Source: a virus (lineage: Duplodnaviria; Caudoviricetes). From it: a stretch of 64,000 nt of DNA. The translations under genes and the position numbers were made by a program. Below the pieces are notes generated by a model, which saw only the letters and a program-made list of their open reading frames with translations, was not told where the DNA came from and did not search any database. Below are positions 51,846 to 61,600 of this stretch, in pieces. The first letter of the stretch is position 1. Each line of letters opens with the position of its first letter. The stretch is taken from the IMG/VR virus record IMGVR_UViG_2907128583_000005, positions 96,001 through 160,000 of that record; one strand, given 5' to 3'.

Positions 51846-53309
51846 TTAATTTATTGAACAATCATATAAATTGTTCATATAGCGCATTGTTGCGGTTGCT
51901 ATTTTTCTATCTCCTTCTGTAGGATAAACTTTCCACTCTATTCCAAAAATAAAGCCATTATCATTACCTTTTTTTACTTCCTCTTCTATTACTGAATCAA
52001 TTTGTGCAAAAATCGTTTTACTAGTAACGGTGTCCGAATGTACATGTATTACGTTTACTTTGTCAACCAAATAATCATAAATTGTCTTAAAACCCTTCTT
52101 TGCAACCAGTAAATTAATAGTTAATTTCAAACCTTTTTTTGTTTCTGATATACGTGCTGAATAGTCTTTAGTTGACCATCCATACATTCTCAATATCTCT
52201 TGTTTTGCTGATTTTAGTAATATTCTTGCTTGATCTTTATCCGTTATCATGCTTATTCCTCCACATTCATATCTTTACTTTTTAAGGCTATGAAATCACT
52301 CATTTATCAACACTGATCATTAGCACCTAACCACCTGTTATAGACGGTTAACGCTCTAGGCTTAAAGCGTATTAAATATAAGGTGAGAAATGTACAGAGG
52401 CATATTCTTTCGTTTCCCCATTATCATTTTCTATGATTAAATTTTTCGTTTGACTAATGTCTTTTATTTGATAGGCTTTTCCTACAGTAAAACCAGCCCA
52501 TTCGATACTCCAAGAAGCAAGCACAATATCGCCTTTGCCCCTCAAATAGTCTTTAACAGTGCAACCTATTCTTACTTTCATTTTCATTCCTCCAATACTT
52601 ATAAAATGAGTATTTTACAAAGTCCTATTGTCTTACAGATAAACGATAGACCCCGTTTTAGATCATGCCTCGATCTTTCAGCGATTTTTCTAGTTTCTTT
52701 AATTCGTCGAACTTTTTAGCATACATATCATTGAAAGCTACGTGAATTATTGAGTTTTTAGCTTCCAATCTGTAAAACTCTTCTACTGCATCAACTAAGT
52801 TCTTGTACATAACTATGAAAAGGCGGTAGTCATAATCTTTGCCCTCACATTTTTTGAGTGTTTTATTAAAATTAATACCCATGTGAGATAATTTAATTCT
52901 TATATCCTCGCTCATACCCGCTACCTCCCGCGTAAGGCCGCCGACTGCTATGTATTAACTTACCTTATGAATTTATTATAACACATCATTTCATTATATT
53001 CAATAGTTTAATTATTTTTGTATGTTGAATTGTGATTATTCTCCTTCTCTACGTCGAACAGTTCCTTGTAAAATATCAGTTTTATAACCCTTTAGACTCA
53101 ACATAGGCGTAATACTCCTCAAATGATTTATGACCTCCATGCTGCTTATATTTTATGTATTGTTCCAACACAATTTGATTAAATTGTTTTAGAGTTAATT
53201 CAGCAAGATCTAAGTTCCCCTGTAAATAGCTCCAATATAGCCGTGATACGCCAGCAGGCTTTCTCTGAGGTTTATTCTTTCTCATGTAATCACCAACTTT
53301 CCTCCCCAA
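51846..53309 (-). CDS. Hypothetical ORFs (51846-52250, 52372-52587, 52658-52915, 53082-53309)
   Basis: RBS-bearing, junction sites. Confidence 0.6.
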
Positions 53310-53320
53310 ATTCTAAATCA

Positions 53321-56300
53321 TTAGTTTACTCTTACTCTCTCTTCTTCAACTTTTTCAATAACTACCAACACTGTATTGACCCCGGTTCCCGACTCCTTGA
53401 ATGAACCTTCTGGAAGTTTCTCATAATACCCCTTATCATTTAACCAGTTACGAAACTGAATACTCTTGGTATCATTAGCGAATGTCCAATGTGGTGACAT
53501 AATAGCGATGAGCCTTCCCCCATCCTTAAGACATTCGTATGCCTTTAATACATGATCAACATCTTTCCCCTTCTCAAAAGGTGGGTTCATAATTATTTTA
53601 TTGTACTTAGTAAATGGCGTAAATTCGATAAAATCATTAGCAACTAACTTGTATTGTTTTAACTCAAGAATTTGACGTAATGTATAATTCCACTCTATGC
53701 CGTGCAACTCTGCACTTAGGTTGTTGTCTTGTATATATTCATTTACACCATCTAAAATATTACCGTTGCCAGCGCTTGGTTCCAAAATGGTTTCACCATC
53801 TTGTAAATCAGCCAACTCAATCATACGTTCTACGATAGTTTTAGGAGTCGGAAAGTAACCATCAATTTTATACAGCTTAACTTCACTTTCCATTTTCTTA
53901 ATTTTCTGCTGGACTGGATTGACTGGTTTTTCTATAGCTTTCACAAGTGCAGCATATTTATCTATTGCATCATTGTATTGTTCTGTATTGTGTATTCCTG
54001 CTTTGTTTAATCGCTTCTGCATTTTTGGAACTTCTTGATTCCACCAACCGTTAACATCAGCATCAGAATTAATAGTCGGATATTTTACTTCATTATTATA
54101 TCTACCTCTTGATCTATATTTAATTCTCATATCTTCTCTAAAGCTTCCTACTAATAAAGCTATGTCGAATTCGTCCATTGTATTGCTACATGCTTTTTCC
54201 TTTAGATACTCCAATATCTTAATTTCTAAGTTCAAATTATCTTTTTTCTGTTCTCGGCTTGCTGCTTCTTGCTGGCGTTTCCATGTGTTAGTTAAATAAT
54301 CACCAGACAAGGCATTCACTTTCCTTTGTGTTGACTCGATTTTCTTATTAATCTTGCTAATATATTGCTGCTGATTGCTATTTTCACTTTCTGATTCTTC
54401 TTGTAAAATTCGTATTTTATCATTATTTTCATTTGTGCTTGTTGATTCATCCTTGCTAATTAAATATGCAACAAATCTTTTGGCCTCATTCAATCGACTA
54501 GTCGTTTTTAAGCTTGTGTCTACCTCTTTTCCATCCTTAAAAACACGATACATTCCCCACGACTTAGTAATCATATAGTTCTTATAGGTGTATACTCTTG
54601 TTGTCTCTGTATAACCAGCTACAGTGATTTGCTTACGATCTATCTTAAATTCTGGTATTTCTACAACTCCATTGACTTCTTTATCTAATCTTTCTTTTTC
54701 TAATTGGAAAATTCTCGTTTTGAATTTATCCATACGATTATCAAATTCTTTTTTCATATCTGAAAACTGACTCAATAAATTTCCATATCTGTCCTGCATT
54801 TTGTTATACCGTCTTACATTTAGTCCACCTCGACCAGTAACAGCCCATGAAGGGTTGTTGGCGCGATGATTAAGTATTTTAATATATTGAGTATAATAAC
54901 GCTGCTTAAAAGATTGTAAGTACTTTTTAATTTGATACTGTAGATATTCATTGTCTGTCTGCGATAACACACTTAAAGCGTCTTTTTGGAGTTCGTTAAA
55001 TGTATTGAAACAATCCGTTTTATAATCTACCTGAAACAGACTAGATGAATGCAAACGTGATTGTAATTCATCTGAGACTGTATACATGTGAAGATCATCA
55101 ATATTAATGTCTTCGTTCACTGCAATATTGACTGATCCGTTGAATTCAGTATTATTGGGTTTGTTATAGTCCACTTGCAGTGAACTTGCAAATTTATTTG
55201 CTTTATCTGACTGTTTAGCATACCAAAAACCACGGGGAGACCATCTAAAACCATAAGCTTTAAGTTGCTCAATAATATTGTTTTCAGGTTTAGACGGGAA
55301 ACGGATCTCAACTCCTTGTTTTTCTTCGTTATATGTTACAGTTACTTCAGCAGACACGTTCACAATTTCATTGTTTTCCTTGGCTTGTTCTGTTGTTTCG
55401 ATAGCTGGAACATTATATACATTCTGTTTACGAGCTGCCTTCTTGAATACTGTTTTTTCTTGGTATTCTGTAACCTCTTGCAAGGTGTATACTTTAACGG
55501 TGCCTTCTTCAATCCCCTTGTTTAATCTATCAAGTGTTTGGTAATAACTTTTAACACTCATACTCTTTAAACGTTGATATCCTCTTTTTTCACTGCCCAA
55601 AAGTTCGTAGGTAATACAAGATTGTCCTTTGGAATTTGTGTAAATATCGGTTACTACCCAATAATGCCCATGATAAGAGAAAGACAATACATCATTAAGA
55701 TTGATAGTTTTGTCTTCTTTTTCAACTGGTTTAATGACTTTCTTTTCTACTTTAATTACTACAGCTTTCAATGCGCCTGCATCTTTAATTGCTTTTTCAA
55801 ATCTATTGATCAATGCTTCTACTTTCTCAGCTTTTTGCTGCTTTTCGGTCTTCTCTTTGTTCTCCCAATCATAGTCATTGACTGCAAATACACCTTTACC
55901 TTTTGCAATAATCTGACCATCTTTTTCAATGTGCCAGCTTGTACCACGTGGATTAGCAAAAGAGAATGTAGGATACGTTTCAATAACTTTATACTTCTCA
56001 ATCATTCCTGACTTTTCTTTTTCCTTCTCAATTAATACTGCACAAGAAGCCTTTTCATTATCAGTTGAAGCTTCATCATTCATCATTGCCTCAAGTTTTT
56101 GAATACGTGCATTAGTTTTATATACAGCATTACCACCTATGTATTCTTTTTGTTCATAACCACTGTAACGTGTATTATTTTGATCGATGCAAAGAACATA
56201 ACCGTTCTTTTCAGCAATGCCATCCCAATCGGCAGGACTAAAGTAATCAACCATTGCATCAGATTCATCATTTTTCCAACCGTAAATTTTCCATCCCTTT

Positions 56301-56356
56301 TCAACTAAAGCCATTGCAATTTTTACTCTTGCTTCTCTTTTGTCTCCGTACCACAT
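53321..56356 (-). CDS. Large multidomain protein with C-terminal N6-adenine DNA methyltransferase
   Basis: YFPTP, ILEPSAGNG (SAM motif I), IIMNPPF (motif IV). Confidence 0.85.
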   Translation of the reverse strand: MWYGDKREARVKIAMALVEKGWKIYGWKNDESDAMVDYFSPADWDGIAEKNGYVLCIDQNNTRYSGYEQKEYIGGNAVYKTNARIQKLEAMMNDEASTDNEKASCAVLIEKEKEKSGMIEKYKVIETYPTFSFANPRGTSWHIEKDGQIIAKGKGVFAVNDYDWENKEKTEKQQKAEKVEALINRFEKAIKDAGALKAVVIKVEKKVIKPVEKEDKTINLNDVLSFSYHGHYWVVTDIYTNSKGQSCITYELLGSEKRGYQRLKSMSVKSYYQTLDRLNKGIEEGTVKVYTLQEVTEYQEKTVFKKAARKQNVYNVPAIETTEQAKENNEIVNVSAEVTVTYNEEKQGVEIRFPSKPENNIIEQLKAYGFRWSPRGFWYAKQSDKANKFASSLQVDYNKPNNTEFNGSVNIAVNEDINIDDLHMYTVSDELQSRLHSSSLFQVDYKTDCFNTFNELQKDALSVLSQTDNEYLQYQIKKYLQSFKQRYYTQYIKILNHRANNPSWAVTGRGGLNVRRYNKMQDRYGNLLSQFSDMKKEFDNRMDKFKTRIFQLEKERLDKEVNGVVEIPEFKIDRKQITVAGYTETTRVYTYKNYMITKSWGMYRVFKDGKEVDTSLKTTSRLNEAKRFVAYLISKDESTSTNENNDKIRILQEESESENSNQQQYISKINKKIESTQRKVNALSGDYLTNTWKRQQEAASREQKKDNLNLEIKILEYLKEKACSNTMDEFDIALLVGSFREDMRIKYRSRGRYNNEVKYPTINSDADVNGWWNQEVPKMQKRLNKAGIHNTEQYNDAIDKYAALVKAIEKPVNPVQQKIKKMESEVKLYKIDGYFPTPKTIVERMIELADLQDGETILEPSAGNGNILDGVNEYIQDNNLSAELHGIEWNYTLRQILELKQYKLVANDFIEFTPFTKYNKIIMNPPFEKGKDVDHVLKAYECLKDGGRLIAIMSPHWTFANDTKSIQFRNWLNDKGYYEKLPEGSFKESGTGVNTVLVVIEKVEEERVRVN

Positions 56357-56662
56357 AATCATTACCACCTTTATTATCATTATTTTTATTTATATGTTTC
56401 TTTTTCATTTTATCTCAATACTAAGTGACCGTATACTGTTTTACTTTTTAATGCTTGCAGGCGCTGCCATTGACTTTTTAAAACTGCTAATTTAGATTGA
56501 CTCATTGTGTTTTCACCTCGTAATCTCATGTTCTTTATATATTTATTATAGCATGTTTTTATTTTATATACAATACATTTCATTATATTTAATTATATAA
56601 TTTGAATAAACGACAAATAAACCACCTATCAGATGAATAGATGGTTAGATGAAAAAATATGC

Positions 56663-57685
56663 TTATCTTTTATGTGCTATGTACAATTTATCTTTTAATT
56701 CTCTGCTTATGATTATTTTATCCTCTTCTTTATAATCTATATTTGAAGCTTTCAAAAATGATATATTATAGGTTGAAGGTGTGATAATGCTATAACCCAA
56801 ACTTCTATAAAAATAATCAATATACAGTTCAAACTCTGATTCGCAATTGTTAAGTTGGTCTATTTCTTTGATTTTTTCCAAAAAGTAATTATCTATTTTT
56901 CTTTTTACATAGCAGCCTTCTGAATTCAGTTTATTGTTCATTTTATCTATCTCTTCTTTGAATTCTTTGAAACATAATTCTACAAATGTTTTTCTGCTCA
57001 TTTTTTTAATTTTCCCAGTTAATTTTTTATTGACATTTTTATTTTTTCTTTCTTCTTTTAAATTGCTATTTACTTCACGACTTGAAAATTCTTGATATTC
57101 ATCTTTGCTCATTTCAGTGATTAATTGACCATCTATGTATTTAACAGTACCCTCTAATTTTAAAATATCATATGAACTTATTTCTATTATCTTGATACCA
57201 AGCATTTTAGCCAAACTTCTTTTCTGTGGTGTACATTTATGCTTGTGTAATATCTCAATCCATACTTTATGTTCTCCTTCAAAACCATAAGATATATCAG
57301 GAACAAAACTAAAAAAATTTTTATGTTTACTATGATAATCAAAAATGATATTTGATTTTGTAAGGTTTGATTTTACACACTTTAAACATGGTACAGTTTC
57401 ATTATAACCTGTAAATGCTTCTTTGTTGCAAGATTTTGATGGCATATCTATTTCATAATCCTTAATCAATTTTAATAAACATGGATAATAATTATTTAAC
57501 CCAATAGCTTTCTTTGACTTATAACTAGTAGGATATTCAAGATTTAAAAATTCATCTTTTTTATTTGTGAGTGTGAAGTTATATTGTTTATCATTTTGAT
57601 CAACAATAATTAAGTTATTATTTTTAATCAGATGAAATAGTTTACGTTTTGCTTTAATATATGCATCATTTTCAGAATACTTCAA
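56663..57685 (-). CDS. Putative PD-(D/E)XK/CoiA-like nuclease domain protein
   Basis: VPDI...WIEILHKHK motif. Confidence 0.45.
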   Translation of the reverse strand: MKYSENDAYIKAKRKLFHLIKNNNLIIVDQNDKQYNFTLTNKKDEFLNLEYPTSYKSKKAIGLNNYYPCLLKLIKDYEIDMPSKSCNKEAFTGYNETVPCLKCVKSNLTKSNIIFDYHSKHKNFFSFVPDISYGFEGEHKVWIEILHKHKCTPQKRSLAKMLGIKIIEISSYDILKLEGTVKYIDGQLITEMSKDEYQEFSSREVNSNLKEERKNKNVNKKLTGKIKKMSRKTFVELCFKEFKEEIDKMNNKLNSEGCYVKRKIDNYFLEKIKEIDQLNNCESEFELYIDYFYRSLGYSIITPSTYNISFLKASNIDYKEEDKIIISRELKDKLYIAHKR

Positions 57686-57944
57686 AATTATATTTTCCTC
57701 TCTTATTTGCTATTAAAAATCAAAAATAGGAGCAAAGGGGTGAATTGCTGAAAGCAAGAGGGGAAACGGTGACAAGCAATACTACTATGTAGCGTAGCGG
57801 AATAGTTTTATTGCCACTGAGTTTCCCTTATTAATTATCTATCTTATATTATATAATTATATACCTTTGCTTCTAACACTTACGCTAAAAAAATCCAGTG
57901 TTTATATGTATTATTTTTATCGTTTATTACTTTTGAGGTAATAC

Positions 57945-59171
57945 TCATATCTCATCATCAAGCCATTGATTCAATAAACTTCTCATTCTTTGTGAAGGAA
58001 TATATAAATTAATTTCTTCATTGTTCCTAATCGCACTTCTCCATATCCACTGTACCAATTCAGATAACGCAAATAGTTCTTGATTGATTTTAATATTCTT
58101 AGTATGGAAATAGCTTTCTATTAGTGGACTTGCAAATCTATTGACTGCATAAGCCAAAACCTTTTTATGACAGTATTTATTTGTACTTCTCTCTGTTACT
58201 GAGACATAGCCCTTTGTATATCCTTTTCCACTTATCTTTGATTTATAATCTTTAAAAGTTGTCCACATATTATCATTAGACTTAGATTGCATGATATTGT
58301 TGAAGTAGTTTAATGTATTATTTTTCAATTGTTTATGTAGGTGCGTCTTTTTGCTATACCATGATTTAGACAAAGAATAGTGTTCATCGCCTATTTTATT
58401 TAAAGTGCCTTCGTAAATGAACATATTCCTTTTGATTGCTTCTTTGATTTTTGTATCATCATTGTTGATCTCTTGAGAAAACATATACAGATCGTTTTCA
58501 ACTTTCACATTATAGTATTCATACTCAATACCATGAATATCAAAATAGTATTTTTGTAACTGAGCGCTAAATAAATATGTTAGTATGTATGATTCTTTGA
58601 ATAACTTAAATATGTCTGGTGGGAAATTCCACAACAATATGACTCCATTATGCATTATTAGATTATTGTTTAACGCATATCTTCTCACTGTTTGGAATTT
58701 CCCATTGTATACACCCTGTAATGACTCTTTTTTGGTATCCCACTGTATTAATCCATTTTCATCTTGCTTCATCCATTCTTTTAGTAGCATCTTTGTATCA
58801 TCTGGAGAAACCTTTAACTCTTTAATTACTTCCAATGCTTCGTCAAGAATTAATGTGTAACCCTCGTTGTAAATCAATTCTCTAGTTTCCTCTGTAGCCA
58901 TTTTAAATAATGCATGTGTTGTGGCTATATTTTTACCTTCTGATAGTAATTTGTGTAGGGAATCCAATTTAAAAAATATCTCTCCGTCCATTGTGAATAC
59001 CTTTGGTTCATAAAATTTACGCTGCGTACAAGTATTTTTGATTCTTGCTATTTCATCTAAGTATGGAGTGATATAGATATATTTGTCATCATCAATTTTA
59101 TTCATCATTTGAATTGCTGATGTCGTTTTCCCTGAACCCATAATTGAATCAACAACTTTAATCTTTGTTAT
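57945..59171 (-). CDS. YonV-like SF2-type helicase/ATPase (probable ATA start)
   Basis: KIKVVDSIMGSGKT, LILDEAL, QWIWRSAIRN; frame open upstream to an ATA overlapping the previous stop. Confidence 0.75.
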   Translation of the reverse strand: MTKIKVVDSIMGSGKTTSAIQMMNKIDDDKYIYITPYLDEIARIKNTCTQRKFYEPKVFTMDGEIFFKLDSLHKLLSEGKNIATTHALFKMATEETRELIYNEGYTLILDEALEVIKELKVSPDDTKMLLKEWMKQDENGLIQWDTKKESLQGVYNGKFQTVRRYALNNNLIMHNGVILLWNFPPDIFKLFKESYILTYLFSAQLQKYYFDIHGIEYEYYNVKVENDLYMFSQEINNDDTKIKEAIKRNMFIYEGTLNKIGDEHYSLSKSWYSKKTHLHKQLKNNTLNYFNNIMQSKSNDNMWTTFKDYKSKISGKGYTKGYVSVTERSTNKYCHKKVLAYAVNRFASPLIESYFHTKNIKINQELFALSELVQWIWRSAIRNNEEINLYIPSQRMRSLLNQWLDDEI

Positions 59172-59326
59172 GGCTTATCAACCTTTCTTAACTTAATCAA
59201 TCCTGTAGTAAGTGAATACAATCCCACAAATGAAACAATGCTTATTGACCACCAATTAGGCATGAATGACGCAAGCACAAACATGAGAATAGCAATAGAT
59301 AGCCTTGTGGCTGCTTCAGATTTCAT
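59168..59326 (-). CDS. 52-aa membrane peptide (not in ORF track)
   Basis: MKSEAATRLSIAILMFVLASF...; GGAGG RBS. Confidence 0.65.
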   Translation of the reverse strand: MKSEAATRLSIAILMFVLASFMPNWWSISIVSFVGLYSLTTGLIKLRKVDKP

Positions 59327-59384
59327 ATTTTATTGTCCTCCTTCTTTTGTTTATTGACTATAGGCAACACATTATAATAAAATG

Positions 59385-59490
59385 TAAGGGATAAGAGTAG
59401 GACGGTGTTAGTTTCCGTCCTTGGATTGTCTTCAAGTTTAGCGACTTGGTTTAGCGCTTACGTCTGTTGCGAGACGTGGGTGCTTTTTTC
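59385..59490 (+). ncRNA. Candidate antisense antitoxin RNA
   Basis: Plus-strand TTGACT (59354) and TAAAAT (59378); terminator AGCGCTTACGTCT...AGACGTGGGTGCT-TTTTT overlapping the toxin 3' end. Confidence 0.55.
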
Positions 59491-59600
59491 TTTTTCCGTT
59501 TCTTCTTTCTTGATGCTATGTATTCGGTAATGTCCTTATACACAAGTCGTAAGAAAGTTAGAATGGATATGATGACTGCTGTTTTCTGCCAGTTGTCCAA
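59451..59600 (-). CDS. YonT-like type I toxin peptide (49 aa, not in ORF track)
   Basis: MDNWQKTAVIISILTFLRLVYKDITEYIASRKKKRKKKKAPTSRNRRKR; GGAGGTG RBS; own promoter. Confidence 0.65.
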   Translation of the reverse strand: MDNWQKTAVIISILTFLRLVYKDITEYIASRKKKRKKKKAPTSRNRRKR

Positions 59601-59757
59601 GTAGTTTCACCTCCCTCCCTTACTTATATAATTATATCATACTTCATACTCTATGTACATTATTTCATTATATTTATTTATTTAGGCAATATAAAATATA
59701 TCCCTATTGGACGGTTTGGTTATGTTTTGTAATGTGCAAGTGGTATTTATTACCTTT

Positions 59758-59773
59758 TGTTTCACGTGGAACA
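59758..59773. other. parS (Spo0J/ParB-binding) site
   Basis: TGTTTCACGTGGAACA, reverse complement of TGTTCCACGTGAAACA, the Firmicutes consensus. Confidence 0.85.
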
Positions 59774-60058
59774 TTTCATTATATTCATGTGTTAGTATTT
59801 AATCTTTATTATCACAATTAGCCAAAACAATATGCTAGTTAGAATAGTTACCTTGTCTTTAATCTTCCACGAGTTCATAATATTCATCCTTTCAGGTGAA
59901 TGTAGACATACTTGCCGTGATAATCTACCCTATCCATTTGGAAAGCTGTAGATAGTTCAAGAATATCCATATCAGTACCTAGTGTATGTATGATTGTTGA
60001 ACCGTTTTGTTTGACTACTCTTATGTGCTTCATGTGTATACTCCTCCTTTTTGGTTAC

Positions 60059-60691
60059 TTAGAAAATTAATATAGGCTCTTTTTTAATAGAAGTAGTTGT
60101 ACTTTGATAACTAACATATTCACCCATATCATTTATTCCTGTGTCAATCCAACCGTCGTAAATTCTCAATTCGGAATCTTTTTCATAGGTATGCTTGTAT
60201 AATGTTCTTGAACGTTTAGGTTTATGGATAACGATTAATTTATTATTTTCTTCTTTTGTTTCCCTTATAGTTGTCTGCATTTCATAAGGAAATCCCATAC
60301 TATTGAAAGCTGTGATTGTTGCTTTAGTGTTTTCTAATACCTTTGTCTTTTCGTCGCTTTGATTAATTATTTTGTAATATGTCTCTCTTGAAATGTAATA
60401 AGTGACTTCTTTATTGACATATTGTAATGTTAATTCAATTAGTACGTTGCTAGTGTTGTAGCAGTCTGTATTCATCACTTTTATCCAAAACGATATACCT
60501 TCTATTGATAAGTCTAATAAATCATTATAAGAAATTTCTTCTTTGTCCTTAATTGATTGATACGTTGATAAATGTTTGTTGATGTCTCTTTGCCATTCAT
60601 TGTTTGACAATTCGCCCTGCTGAGAATCAGTATTCACATAAATCATTTGGTATCCATCACGGTTAATACATTTATCGGTTATGTTTATCAT
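60059..60691 (-). CDS. Hypothetical protein
   Basis: AAGGAG RBS; promoter 60730-60759. Confidence 0.7.
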   Translation of the reverse strand: MINITDKCINRDGYQMIYVNTDSQQGELSNNEWQRDINKHLSTYQSIKDKEEISYNDLLDLSIEGISFWIKVMNTDCYNTSNVLIELTLQYVNKEVTYYISRETYYKIINQSDEKTKVLENTKATITAFNSMGFPYEMQTTIRETKEENNKLIVIHKPKRSRTLYKHTYEKDSELRIYDGWIDTGINDMGEYVSYQSTTTSIKKEPILIF

Positions 60692-60822
60692 TATGTATCG
60701 TCTCCTTTTGTGTTCCTTTTGATATCTTCATTATACAGTATTGTATATTCATTAGTCAATAGTATATCAATAATTTATTCAATATTGTATACTATAATAA
60801 CCACGTTAAAGGAGATATTATA

Positions 60823-61041
60823 ATGCTCAAATACAAAGGTAAGCTAAGAGAAATAATCAAAGAGAAAGACATAAAACAATCTCAATTAGCAGTAGATGCA
60901 GGAGTTCCACAGCCTTATATATCGCGGTTCGATAAGTCAGAGCAGCATAATATAAATAATTTGTTTGCAGTGGCTAAAGCATTAGGAATAAGCGTAGAAG
61001 AGTTATTTACAGCTGAGGAATCAGATGAAGATGGCGAATAA
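60823..61041 (+). CDS. XRE-family HTH regulator
   Basis: QSQLAVDAGVPQPYISRF...VAKALGISVEELF. Confidence 0.85.
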   Translation: MLKYKGKLREIIKEKDIKQSQLAVDAGVPQPYISRFDKSEQHNINNLFAVAKALGISVEELFTAEESDEDGE

Positions 61042-61128
61042 GTAGATCGCTTGTATGATCCTAAATAGCACAAAAAGAGCCTAGACATAAATCATCTAGG
61101 CTCGTATAAATCTATTAGTTTCTATTAG

Positions 61129-61290
61129 TTACTTTCTCATTGAAGCTACAAAGGTAATTACACTTATGAAAATGAACGCATAAGGAATAAAGCTGGGTAA
61201 TGATGTATTGTTAATACCTAATAAGACACATCCAATTATAAATACAATGACCGATAATGTACGCGTCAACATTGCTTTAGAGTTGGTCAT
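61129..61290 (-). CDS. 53-aa 2-TM peptide (not in ORF track)
   Basis: MTNSKAMLTRTLSVIVFIIGCVLLG...; AAGGAG RBS; terminator 61072-61103. Confidence 0.6.
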   Translation of the reverse strand: MTNSKAMLTRTLSVIVFIIGCVLLGINNTSLPSFIPYAFIFISVITFVASMRK

Positions 61291-61399
61291 ACATAAGTCT
61301 CCTTTCATACTTGATGCCGTATCATAACAAACTTAATGTTATTGTAGCCTAGTGATTAAAAGGAGTCAATCGACCCCTTTAACCTAGACAGGATATGTA

Positions 61400-61600
61400 T
61401 TATGCCTGATTGTCACGTTCTAGCTTGTCATTTTCTAGTTTAAGTCTTCTTGTCTCCTCCTTTATTTTTTCTGTTTCAGCTTTAACCTTTTCAGTGTCAG
61501 CAATTTTTCTAGCCTTATCAGGGAAGAAGTTCATCGCCAATATTGTTGTGGTTAAAGCAGCTCCAACCGTTGCAAGTATTTTACTTATTGTTTCTATCAT
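61400..61600 (-). CDS. Small TM plus coiled-coil peptide
   Basis: AAGGAGGTG RBS before MIETISK. Confidence 0.65.
   Translation of the reverse strand: MIETISKILATVGAALTTTILAMNFFPDKARKIADTEKVKAETEKIKEETRRLKLENDKLERDNQA

Larger units (their letters stand above)
412..53084. repeat. Dispersed 16-bp palindromic junction site T(A/G/C/T)AAA-N6-TTT(T/C/G)A, about 57 copies at gene boundaries
   Basis: Read directly; starts at 412,700,883,1135,1425,2294,3038,3235,3584,4102,6286,7177,8266,8494,9212,10769,11196,12248,14203,14765,15017,15845,17173,17360,17806,18035,18589,19931,22300,25165,33807,34115,34784,35977,36374,37173,37561,37833,38709,39538,40684,41294,41497,42380,42639,46117,46581,47513,47811,48051,48657,50245,51769,51823,52291,52602,53069. 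Confidence 0.85.

Noticed and set aside
412-53084. Junction sites as CRISPR repeats, classical attC sites or terminators
   Set aside because: Spacing is gene-sized and irregular; no cas genes; no RYYYAAC/GTTRRRY ends; A/T-only 5-bp arms cannot form a terminator stem.
57720-57900. Second origin or ncRNA downstream of the YonV-like gene
   Set aside because: Imperfect hairpins and an AT-rich tract are present, but there are no iterons or family signature; too weak to call.
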